A stretch of DNA of 32,000 bases from Vulcanisaeta distributa DSM 14429. GTDB lineage: Archaea; Thermoproteota; Thermoprotei; Thermoproteales; Thermocladiaceae. Location: NCBI RefSeq assembly GCF_000148385.1, contig NC_014537.1, positions 150,001 through 182,000 on the forward strand, given 5' to 3'. Below are positions 16,336 to 25,006 of this stretch, in pieces (position 1 is the first letter of the stretch; each line of letters starts with the position of its first letter). The notes beneath the pieces were generated by a model, which saw only the letters and a program-made list of their open reading frames with translations, was not told the DNA's origin and made no database searches. The position numbers were made by a program, and so were the translations under genes.

Positions 16336-17526
16336 GTGGGTGTGATGGCTGAGTGCACGCCTAGGATTAGGGAGGTCAGGTATTGGGATGAGGCGTGGTG
16401 GGAGGAGGGGTTTAAAGGCATTGACGAAGCCTACTCAAGGCTAAGAGGTCTACTAGATGCCGTTAAGGAGGTTGAACTCAAATTAACCGGCAGTGACCTA
16501 AGCCAGCTACTGAGGAGTCAGCAAATGAGGGACTTCACGATGAAGGTTATCCTGGGTGGTTTCAGGCAGGAATGCGTAAATAAAACGCTGAATGCCGACG
16601 ATGTTAAGGGGTGCTTTAACAGTAACGCCTTAGCTAGATTCTACAGGGAGGTCTTCGGAATAGGGTTAAGCAATGATGACATTGCAAAGTTCGTTAATGT
16701 AGCGCAGTATGTAGGGCTGGAGAAGGCTGGTGAAGGCTTGAGGATAGTGAGTATGAGGAGTTACGTAATGGATACTTTAAATGGTATTCTAACTAGCTTC
16801 ATTAACGTATATAAGGTTGCCGGGAGGCAGGTGCCGAACCCGATGAGGTATAATGTAGATAAGCCTGAGGATTTAGCCCAGGCATTCATAGACACTACCA
16901 ACGCATTACTTAAGCTTCTCCCACTCTACAACCCATTCACATTCTTCATACAGTCACTGGACTTCACGCCAAAGCCGTATCTAAGGCTAATGTACTGCGA
17001 TAAACTATTCAGCAGCGACGTAACGAACCTAATGGCTAAGTACGGGATTAGGTTAACAACACTACTGAAACCCAGCATTAGTAAGGAGCTTGATGAGGAA
17101 CTAGCCATAATAGGGCATGAGGAAAACAGCCTAGGAAGACACCTACTAGCCACAGTATGGCACATTTACGAATTAACGTATTGGCTTAAGGGTAAGGATT
17201 ATGTTAAGAATATCGATGATGAGTTCAGGAAGTACGTCGAAAAATACTCAATCTACCTTGACGAATTCTACAGAAGATTAACAGGCAGCGGCTTTGAGGG
17301 TGTATGTAGCATGATGCTAGATATTAATATTTATTATGGTAGTAATATTAATATATATGGTCGTAGTATATTTGGACGTGATGTATTCTCATTTAGTCGT
17401 CGTGGTTGCGGTGAAATTAGAATGTCGTTAAGTTATAGCGAATTTCTCGAGCTATTCTCGCCGTTGATGTTCCTTGGACTGATTTTTAGACACCCATTAT
17501 CCAATGAGATATTTACTGTTGGGTGA
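16336..17526 (+). CDS. hypothetical protein (396 aa), paralogue of 7170-8396 product
   Basis: Shares the 'NPF.FF...Y.R..Y.D' block with the 408-aa protein. GTG 16336 lies about 28 nt from the TATA-like 16304-16312, and ATG 16345 is an alternative start. The 3' end (about 17300-17526) is AT-rich and uses CGT Arg codons. Confidence 0.6.
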   Translation: MGVMAECTPRIREVRYWDEAWWEEGFKGIDEAYSRLRGLLDAVKEVELKLTGSDLSQLLRSQQMRDFTMKVILGGFRQECVNKTLNADDVKGCFNSNALARFYREVFGIGLSNDDIAKFVNVAQYVGLEKAGEGLRIVSMRSYVMDTLNGILTSFINVYKVAGRQVPNPMRYNVDKPEDLAQAFIDTTNALLKLLPLYNPFTFFIQSLDFTPKPYLRLMYCDKLFSSDVTNLMAKYGIRLTTLLKPSISKELDEELAIIGHEENSLGRHLLATVWHIYELTYWLKGKDYVKNIDDEFRKYVEKYSIYLDEFYRRLTGSGFEGVCSMMLDINIYYGSNINIYGRSIFGRDVFSFSRRGCGEIRMSLSYSEFLELFSPLMFLGLIFRHPLSNEIFTVG

Positions 17527-19388
17527 TTTGCATGAGTATTGAGGTTGCTGTTGGTGAGGTTGATGAGGGGGTTGTTAATGTTATTTATAGGCTTAGGGGT
17601 GGTGAACAGGTCGGTGTCTCCGGCTTACCCACGTCTCAGGGGGTCCTGGAGTATGGGTTTAAGGTGCATGTGGCTAAGCCTGACCTAGGCCTGCCTAAGG
17701 AGCCTAGGCTTGAGATCACTCCACTTGACTCCACCACACCATCCATAACACCCATTGGGCTTAGGCCGGGTAATCCTGTTGAGGCCCTCTTCATCATACC
17801 TAGCGGTTTATTGATGAGTGTTAATATTAATTACGAAACACCCCAATTACCTCAATCATCACTCCTCAGCCCCATACCCAGTCTCCCGGCAGTTAATGTT
17901 GAGTTCGTTAAGGAAGCCACCGTTGAGTTGGTTGGGCTTGAGGACCTGCTACCAAAGATAAGGCCTGTATTAAGTCCTCAGTTGGGCGCCGTTGATGTCA
18001 GTTTCATCGAGGTTGGTAGGGTTGGCTTAAACCTAGACCCCTCAACATCAATCCTTCCAAGCGGTAGACCGAGTATGTTAAACCCGGTTGAGGTTTCCTT
18101 CCAGCAGGCAATGGCTTCGATGGACATCTCAACCACAGTACCCCTAACCGAATCGCAGAGGCAGGTCAATACGACAACATTAACTGAAGAGGAGATTAAG
18201 ACTGCCCAGGCGGTTGAGGAAGTATACAGTGCCGAGGAGCACCCAATTCTAGGCCTAGGCAATGTAACCCCGGAGAAGCCAGTAATTATACTCGCCCATA
18301 GGCCTAAGGAGGAGAAGGCTAACTACATTGAGTTTCTTAAGAGGTTTCTTAGGGAGGTTTATAGGGTTAGGGTTGGTGGTTTGCCGGCACCTAAGCATGT
18401 GAGTAATCCACTGGATCTTAGGCTCCTCCTCCCAATCGAGGTTGGTGCCGGCGGTAGGTTATTCATCCTAGACCTAACCAGCGAGTTGGGAAGCCATCCT
18501 AAATTCGATACTGACCTTAATAGGCTTAGGGATAGGCTTAGGGAGCTATTCTCACAGGGCTTCGGCTTCATAGTACTCTACGGTGATGAGGATTCGTTGA
18601 GGAGTATTCGAGGGAGCCTGTGGAGGGAGTTCAACATATGGAGGCCCGTTGATGTTTCAATAATGGGTGAGGATGTTGGGCTTCTCAAGCTCCTAACTCA
18701 CTTAATGTGGGGTGATGTTGAGGGTTCGGTTAGGGATGAGGCTGGCGCAGGTCTAGACGTGGTGACTGTGTACCTAGAGGATGAGTTTTGGAGAAGACTT
18801 GGGGAGGTGGCTAGGGACTTCAATGTCCTGGTTAAGGTTAGGCCAAGCTCAAGCCCTGATGAGGGTGGTAGGGAGTCTATGACGCACTACCTAACCAAGG
18901 CATTCGTAGTTAGGCACCTCATCGATGAGTTGAAGAGGGAGTTCATGGAGAGTGGGTTGGGTGAGGACGATGCGTTTAAGAAGGCATTAGATTGCGTTGA
19001 GACTGAGTACCAGTACCCGTTGGAGAAGGAGAACATTAGGCTTGACATCTATGTCAAGCAAAATTGCGGTTCAAGGCTAAGTGGATTGGCTGTGGAGGTC
19101 GAGACCCTATACGGCACTGGGACCGTCGTTCATAAGTTGCTGGAGACCGTGGAGTCCAGGGTTGGTGCTGGTGTTAAGGGGCTTTGGGTTGTGGTCCCAA
19201 ACCCGCAGGCCGTGATTTACCTACCGCTACTGCTTAGGCTTAGGAACCACGTGAGGAGTAAATATGGTGACATTGAACTCTACACACTCGATATACACAA
19301 CGGCAAGTTAGTGAAACTAACCGAGGTAGCAAAGAAAATACTAAACACAGTTAAGGAGGTGAGCGAAAAACAAAAACAACAAACATGA
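17523..19388 (+). CDS. hypothetical protein (621 aa), paralogue of 8387-10060 product; P/S-rich N-terminal region, conserved C-terminal domain
   Basis: GTG 17523 overlaps the upstream stop (GTGA), and ATG 17532 is an alternative start. See the shared blocks listed for 8387-10060. Confidence 0.65.
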   Translation: MICMSIEVAVGEVDEGVVNVIYRLRGGEQVGVSGLPTSQGVLEYGFKVHVAKPDLGLPKEPRLEITPLDSTTPSITPIGLRPGNPVEALFIIPSGLLMSVNINYETPQLPQSSLLSPIPSLPAVNVEFVKEATVELVGLEDLLPKIRPVLSPQLGAVDVSFIEVGRVGLNLDPSTSILPSGRPSMLNPVEVSFQQAMASMDISTTVPLTESQRQVNTTTLTEEEIKTAQAVEEVYSAEEHPILGLGNVTPEKPVIILAHRPKEEKANYIEFLKRFLREVYRVRVGGLPAPKHVSNPLDLRLLLPIEVGAGGRLFILDLTSELGSHPKFDTDLNRLRDRLRELFSQGFGFIVLYGDEDSLRSIRGSLWREFNIWRPVDVSIMGEDVGLLKLLTHLMWGDVEGSVRDEAGAGLDVVTVYLEDEFWRRLGEVARDFNVLVKVRPSSSPDEGGRESMTHYLTKAFVVRHLIDELKREFMESGLGEDDAFKKALDCVETEYQYPLEKENIRLDIYVKQNCGSRLSGLAVEVETLYGTGTVVHKLLETVESRVGAGVKGLWVVVPNPQAVIYLPLLLRLRNHVRSKYGDIELYTLDIHNGKLVKLTEVAKKILNTVKEVSEKQKQQT

Positions 19389-19616
19389 CATCAAACTGCC
19401 TAATCCTTTCTATCCTACGTCATCATCCGCATCAAACCCACAAACCAGCAACCCTGCTCAATAAAATACTGCATACTCCCCGTAAACCAGGGTGGTTTAC
19501 ACAGAGAATAATTAATAATCAGCATAAAAGAATAATGTGTGGTAAGATCATTATAGTGTTTATTGTGATGGTTGATGGTTCGCGTTATATATTAAATTTA
19601 AGGATTTAAGGAGTGG

Positions 19617-20666
19617 CTAGTGTGGTTCTTTAGTGAGCGTAAGTAGGGTGTTTGGTACATTTGATGGTTCTAGGTTCTCAATTTTCATTATCGTGTTTAT
19701 TAACTTAGTGAGGTCGTAACCCTGTGTAAATGGTATGTAGTGAATGAATCCTTTACGACTCTCTGTATATATCATGGAGCGAGGTATTACGTTATTACTA
19801 AATAATCTAAATAATGATAAAAACTTCATGGTATTTACTAATGAAATCATAATTAGCAGTCTTATTATTGATTCGTACGTGCCATCACTCAATTGCTCAT
19901 CACCGTACGTCGCTGACGAGACGACGCCCATGTACCTAAAGCCCTTATTCAATATTACCATGGTGACAAATTTAACGGGTTTCACAATTGAAGAATCAAC
20001 TTTAAGTTCAGTTGTACTGTATATGTATAAGTTCGATCCATCATGCCTGCACCCATCACCCCCCTGCTTAAGTACATTGAATAACTCCTCGTGTTTCTCG
20101 ATCTCACTAAGCTCTATATTTTCATAACTCGATGCAAATGCTTCTCCTAAAATGACAAGCCCAAAGTATTCAGTATTATTTTGATGATAATAAGGATTAT
20201 AATGGTATTCCCTGGCTAAATATTTACAATTTATAACTCTAGGAATTGCGTTAATAATGTTAATAATTTTATTGGTATTTTGAGCATTGGTCTCAAAGCG
20301 TGAAAGCAATAGGTCCATTCCTGACAATGTGCCGAGATCTCTCGGTAGTATTACCGGTTTAAAATAACTCAGCTCATTCAGTATTTGATTATTAATGTCA
20401 TACAATGTACGCTTAATGGCACTGTAATTACTCAGTTTTAATTTATAAATTCCCTTACCACTTCTTTCAATCAAATCTGCCTTTACCAGCCTTTCTAATA
20501 ATCTACCCACTGTACCTTTACTTTTTACGCTGTACTTTTTATGAAGAAACTCAAAAATCTCTTTAAACGAAGCGCTGTAATCAGAAGGTTTAGAACTTAA
20601 GTAATCTAAAACGTCTATCTCCTGCGCCCTTAACCCACTGGTCACACCTGCCCTCTTCCTTACCAT
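19617..20666 (-). CDS. wHTH transcription regulator with about 270-aa C-terminal domain (TTG 20681 also possible)
   Basis: 'DVLDYLSSKPSDYSASFKEIFEFLHKKYSVKSKGTVGRLLERLVKADLIERSGKGIYKLKL' fits a wHTH pattern. ATG 20666 lies about 26 nt from the TATA 'TTATAAAAA' (20690-20698). It is divergent from the 20775+ operon. Confidence 0.65.
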   Translation of the reverse strand: MVRKRAGVTSGLRAQEIDVLDYLSSKPSDYSASFKEIFEFLHKKYSVKSKGTVGRLLERLVKADLIERSGKGIYKLKLSNYSAIKRTLYDINNQILNELSYFKPVILPRDLGTLSGMDLLLSRFETNAQNTNKIINIINAIPRVINCKYLAREYHYNPYYHQNNTEYFGLVILGEAFASSYENIELSEIEKHEELFNVLKQGGDGCRHDGSNLYIYSTTELKVDSSIVKPVKFVTMVILNKGFRYMGVVSSATYGDEQLSDGTYESIIRLLIMISLVNTMKFLSLFRLFSNNVIPRSMIYTESRKGFIHYIPFTQGYDLTKLINTIMKIENLEPSNVPNTLLTLTKEPH

Positions 20667-20687
20667 AACATGTTTGCGCAAGAAATG

Positions 20688-20757
20688 TATTATAAAAATT
20701 ACGCGCGAACAGCACGAACACCATAGAACGTAATCCAGTTCGCGCTAAAAATAACTC
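20688..20757. promoter_or_regulatory. divergent promoter pair with 8-bp inverted repeat and helically phased GAAC repeats
   Basis: TATA-like elements are at 20690-20698 and 20745-20754. 'GCGCGAAC' (20703-20710) and 'GTTCGCGC' (20738-20745) are inverted repeats. GAAC occurs at 20707, 20716 and 20726 (spacing 9-10 bp), and GTTC at 20738. Confidence 0.45.
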
Positions 20758-20774
20758 GGGGTAGAGCCAGCACT

Positions 20775-21650
20775 ATGTTGGTGAGCCAGATGGGTCAGGT
20801 GGAGTTAGAGGGTGTTGATGAGGTCCCGTTAAAAACAGGTCTCGAGTGGGTTCCGGAGGAGGGTGTTGAGTTTAAGGGGCGTAGTGGGGTTGATTGGCAT
20901 GGTGGGTTCTGTGAGGGCATGGTGTATGACGTACTCGCCTATTACAAGCCGTATACGCACAATAGGGATTGGGGTATTTACTATGTGGTGCCGAGTATCG
21001 CCAATGATTTAGAGAGACTTATTGAGACTATGTATCATCAAGGCATTAATGAGGAATTGATAGCATTAACGGTAGCCATATACCCAAGCTTAATAACAAT
21101 ACATGAGGTTTGCCACCACACTCTCGAGAATGTAAGGAGGTTAATGGGGCTAAGAAACATCTATGAATCACATGATGAGGGCTTGTGCGAGTATACTGCG
21201 TTCAAATTAATTGAGGGGTCGGGTATTGCCCATCCATACCCGCTAGTAGCTTTGCTGAACCCGTTAACGCCCATGGACATTCATTTCCATGGCGACCACA
21301 TTCACGTAATAACGAGGTTTGGGGACTTCGTAATACCATTCCCAATATCAATACGCTGGCGTTGGGGAGTTAGATATCCACTAATGGTTAGTGGGGGTGA
21401 TGTTAGGAGGGCGCTTACCATACTCTATAAATGGTGGGGTAGGGGTAATGACCCCATTTATAGGCCTAGAATAAGCAATAACTATACCGCGGAGTTCCTG
21501 AGGAATTACTGGCTGCAATTGAGGGGTGACTTGGTACCATTCATGGACCACGCACTAACAAACAAGCCAGTCAAGGAGAGCCTATGGACAAAACTCAACA
21601 CTGACGATAAAAGAATCAGCATAATTACGAAATGCGGTGATAAGGCATGA
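20775..21650 (+). CDS. HExxH metallopeptidase-like protein (291 aa)
   Basis: 'TIHEVCHHTLE' (HExxH at 21102-21116) is followed by 'HDEGLCEYTAFKL', which resembles the HExxH...E..A..FA layout of ImmA/IrrE-type (M78-like) peptidases. It is a paralogue of the 5993-7186 product. Its stop overlaps the next ATG as ATGA. Confidence 0.65.
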   Translation: MLVSQMGQVELEGVDEVPLKTGLEWVPEEGVEFKGRSGVDWHGGFCEGMVYDVLAYYKPYTHNRDWGIYYVVPSIANDLERLIETMYHQGINEELIALTVAIYPSLITIHEVCHHTLENVRRLMGLRNIYESHDEGLCEYTAFKLIEGSGIAHPYPLVALLNPLTPMDIHFHGDHIHVITRFGDFVIPFPISIRWRWGVRYPLMVSGGDVRRALTILYKWWGRGNDPIYRPRISNNYTAEFLRNYWLQLRGDLVPFMDHALTNKPVKESLWTKLNTDDKRISIITKCGDKA

Positions 21651-24600
21651 TAAACAACGAAGAAACAATACTTAAAAACGGGATTGAAATAAATAACAAA
21701 ATGTCTAAGTCTCTCCCCTGCTCGCCTTGGATTGATTATACTAAGGCCCATGAAAATATTCGTAATGAATTAGAGAATACCATAACGAACTACGTAATAA
21801 AGCAGGTAAAGGGTATACGAACGCCCGTGATCGTGGCCCCCTACGGCTCAGGAAAAACAACGCTTCTAAGGCACTTACTATGTTATTCAATAGGGCAGGG
21901 TATACCTGCCATAAAGATAAACTTACTTGATTTCGTAAGTTTCCTAGAGTCGCAAAATATTAGTGATATAAATGAGGATAACCTTATCGGCTATATATCA
22001 TTATTTTGTACTAAAGCGATAGAACAAACAATTAACTGTTTGCAATCAAGTGGACAAAACTGCTTATCTTATGTTAGGAGTATTATTGATGAATTTAGTA
22101 CCATAAACATTAATAAGGATATTGCAATTGAAGTGTTAAGTAAATTCCTGAAAACTAAAGATCAAAGGTGTGTACTGCTTATTGACGAAATCGAGGAGGG
22201 TTACGAACATCTAAGGAAGATTGTAAGATTCGGAACAACGCCTTTCAGGGGAATTTTTGACTTGGTATATCAGGGTTTGCCAAGAATATTCCCGATTCTC
22301 GCGTTTGGACCATCATCGATTTACAGCGAGATTGTTTCTAACGCTGGCTCATGGAGGGTAGTCTCGTATGTAATACCGATGATTATGCCAACAAATATTA
22401 CGCAAAGGGTTACGAATTTGTCTCCGTACATTTCTAACTTAATTTGGTGGATAGGTAAGGGTAGACCTGGGCATGTTGATAAATTATTACAGATGAAAAT
22501 ACATGTTGAGGCTCAGAATGCATTGACTAACTGCCAGGGTATACTAGAGACAGATGCTGTGAAGAACCTGCAGGGTACATACGTAGTAGGCAATATACCG
22601 TACATTGATCAAGCAGCCTACAGGAGAATAGAAACAAGCTTAAATAATGATGAAAGAAATCTCTTCCGCATCTTATCAGTATTAGTGGGTCCTGTTCCCG
22701 AGTCTATGCTGAGCAAATGTATTGATATGAATAAAATAAAGTATAGCAAATTACCAGAGTATTTCATAAAATCCACACAGCTTATTAAGGTTGATGATGC
22801 CTTAAATATTCTCAAGAAGGTGCTCCTAAACCTTGGCTACACAATAAATGATTTTGCTAGAGACATACTTTACGCATTATTCTATTCATGGAGTGATCAT
22901 GATATGATGATACTCGATAAGAGGGGCCTAACCGAGTTGATAGGTATTGCTAAGGATATGGCAATCGAATTCTATCAAAACGACCTATTCAATGCATTAA
23001 GTAAACTGGACCTGGACGCACTATATACGGAGTTATTAAACAGTAAGAGAGATAGTAATGAGCATTACTATGCCCTAGCACCCTTAACGACCCTTGGCGC
23101 TATTTATCCCCCTGTTTTGTTAATGCCATTAATTGGTTGCTGTAAAGAAAAATCGCTTGATGATTTATATAGAATATTTGACAAATTTACAATAAAAGAT
23201 TTACTCAATCTAAGTGATAGACTTCAGGAAGAAATAATTAATTATGCCCACATGAGAGGTATGGACAATGAGACAATCCAAAATATGAATAAGTATAAAG
23301 TAGTTTTTGTATTAAGCAAATACATAAAGAATGATGAATTCATAAAACAAATTAAGAAACTCCTCACTAATGACTATATACATGGTATAGTATTTATACC
23401 ATTGCCTTATAATGAGGACCCAAGCTCGATAGTAAGCTCACTAAGAGAGTTGTGGCAGGATTACATTGATGTTGGATTAATCGACATTATGTACCCAAGT
23501 GCTCGCGCAATACTGTTCTTAATGGGACTTATTTATAATAAGTACGTAAGATGTGACGTTAAGTATACGGATAGAGAATTAGGTATGTATGATCAATTCA
23601 TGAGGGCTATAATTGAATTACTAAAAGAAATCATTATTAATAGATTACCGTCAAAAAGAAATAAAATAGCTCAAGCCATAGTATCCAGCAGAACCACTGA
23701 AGCAATTAAAGAGGAGCTTGAAAATATACTAAGTGAAGGATATAATAAAGTGGGAAGCGGAAAGGAAAGGTATTTACTCCTTCTCGCCGGCGCTGAACAT
23801 AGAAATATACTTGAGCAATATCTAAATACATTAATAGCAAAGAAAAGCGGCAAATATGCTTCATCAACAGGCATTATTGAAGATGTGGTAAAAAGATTTA
23901 AGGAACTTATTAATACATTGCATGATCATGGAATTGAAATAAAGCATGAAGTGACGAGCGGATTTGAAAGCTTTTTGGATAATGCCTGGGATTATTACGA
24001 TGACATAAGAAGCAGATGGGATCAAATATATGATCAGATCCAAAGCGGAGACGTATTTAATAAAGTACTCGAGGTATTAAACGATTTATACACGATTTCA
24101 AACTTGCCGAAGGAGGCGGAGACTCGTCAGTTAATTGAGGAGGAATTTAATAAAATAACGAAGAAAGTGATCGGCAACAATGAAAATAATATTAAAAGTT
24201 TAATTACTTGGATAGTACTACAAAAAATGCTCAATAAACATCCAGATAAGCTACCCTTTAATGATGAAGAGGAATGTAAAGATTCCACGGAAGAATTAAG
24301 CTCTTCTCTAAGTAAGTTAGGGGATCTCGATAATATCGTTAGTGACATAGATAAGATACTTAATAAAATTGGAAAATACATTGATAATAAATCGGTAGGG
24401 ATATTAAATGAACTAGAAAAAATTAAAGAAATAATAAATAATACTAAAGATAGTATTAATGAGGTATCGCATTATATAGAAGATTGCACTAATCGGCTTG
24501 TGGCTTTGAACACAGTAGAGAAAATGTGGTTTTTAGAATTTATAATGAGAGGCTGGAGTTCAGGGAGAAAAAGAAATAAAGGATTAATGGCTAACTTGCT

Positions 24601-25006
24601 CGATAATATTTCTAGTATAATTGATGATATTAATTCTTCACTACTTAATAACTTAAAGACTGTATTAAGGAATTTGAATGATATTGAAGCAGATCTTGAA
24701 GAACTTAAAAAATTAACCGCAAGTGATAATGAGTTATCATTAGGAAGCGTATTCGCGATAGCGGATTATGGTGCGTTAATAGAGCGTTATAGAAAAGACC
24801 TTGAGCAGGTATTGTTGAATTCAGGTACAATTCCTGAATTAGCTCAAAAGCTAAGTATACTAAAAGACGCCGTTAATGACTTAGCAAACACAATTAAAAC
24901 TATTAGGAGGGACAATGAGGTACTAGCGTTAATAAAAAAGATTGAATATAATATTAATAGGTTATCTAAGGAGATTCAAGAAATTGAAGGAGGTGAGATT
25001 TCATGA
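21647..25006 (+). CDS. large P-loop (AAA+/STAND- or BrxC-like) ATPase with about 800-aa helical/coiled-coil C-terminal region, 1119 aa
   Basis: Walker A 'APYGSGKT' (21836-21859) and Walker B 'CVLLIDEIEEG' (22172-22189) lie about 110 aa apart. 'GKGRPGHVDKLL' is sensor-2-like. The C-terminal third is K/E/N/I/L-rich with heptad-like character. Confidence 0.8.
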   Translation: MINNEETILKNGIEINNKMSKSLPCSPWIDYTKAHENIRNELENTITNYVIKQVKGIRTPVIVAPYGSGKTTLLRHLLCYSIGQGIPAIKINLLDFVSFLESQNISDINEDNLIGYISLFCTKAIEQTINCLQSSGQNCLSYVRSIIDEFSTININKDIAIEVLSKFLKTKDQRCVLLIDEIEEGYEHLRKIVRFGTTPFRGIFDLVYQGLPRIFPILAFGPSSIYSEIVSNAGSWRVVSYVIPMIMPTNITQRVTNLSPYISNLIWWIGKGRPGHVDKLLQMKIHVEAQNALTNCQGILETDAVKNLQGTYVVGNIPYIDQAAYRRIETSLNNDERNLFRILSVLVGPVPESMLSKCIDMNKIKYSKLPEYFIKSTQLIKVDDALNILKKVLLNLGYTINDFARDILYALFYSWSDHDMMILDKRGLTELIGIAKDMAIEFYQNDLFNALSKLDLDALYTELLNSKRDSNEHYYALAPLTTLGAIYPPVLLMPLIGCCKEKSLDDLYRIFDKFTIKDLLNLSDRLQEEIINYAHMRGMDNETIQNMNKYKVVFVLSKYIKNDEFIKQIKKLLTNDYIHGIVFIPLPYNEDPSSIVSSLRELWQDYIDVGLIDIMYPSARAILFLMGLIYNKYVRCDVKYTDRELGMYDQFMRAIIELLKEIIINRLPSKRNKIAQAIVSSRTTEAIKEELENILSEGYNKVGSGKERYLLLLAGAEHRNILEQYLNTLIAKKSGKYASSTGIIEDVVKRFKELINTLHDHGIEIKHEVTSGFESFLDNAWDYYDDIRSRWDQIYDQIQSGDVFNKVLEVLNDLYTISNLPKEAETRQLIEEEFNKITKKVIGNNENNIKSLITWIVLQKMLNKHPDKLPFNDEEECKDSTEELSSSLSKLGDLDNIVSDIDKILNKIGKYIDNKSVGILNELEKIKEIINNTKDSINEVSHYIEDCTNRLVALNTVEKMWFLEFIMRGWSSGRKRNKGLMANLLDNISSIIDDINSSLLNNLKTVLRNLNDIEADLEELKKLTASDNELSLGSVFAIADYGALIERYRKDLEQVLLNSGTIPELAQKLSILKDAVNDLANTIKTIRRDNEVLALIKKIEYNINRLSKEIQEIEGGEIS

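Noticed and set aside
16336-17526. Possible HExxH-type site in the 396-aa protein ('GHEENSLGRH')
   Set aside because: The spacing is HEx6H, not HExxH, and the region does not align with the HExxH proteins of cassettes A and C. Cassette B therefore appears to lack the peptidase-like gene.
19400-19432. Minus-strand ATGATGA (C-box-like) within the 19389-19616 gap
   Set aside because: No CUGA D or D' boxes occur at appropriate spacing downstream on that strand.
19385-19609. 74-aa ORF whose ATG overlaps the stop of the 621-aa gene (ATGA)
   Set aside because: Despite the coupling-like overlap, the translation is H/K/I-rich and odd. It spans the compositional boundary and the repeats and hairpin, so it is more likely non-coding.
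21647-25006. Interpretation of the 1119-aa coiled-coil ATPase as an SMC/Rad50-type protein
   Set aside because: Walker A and Walker B are about 110 aa apart at the N-terminus. SMC/Rad50 heads are split across the two ends of the coiled coil, and no C-terminal signature/Walker B head is visible here.
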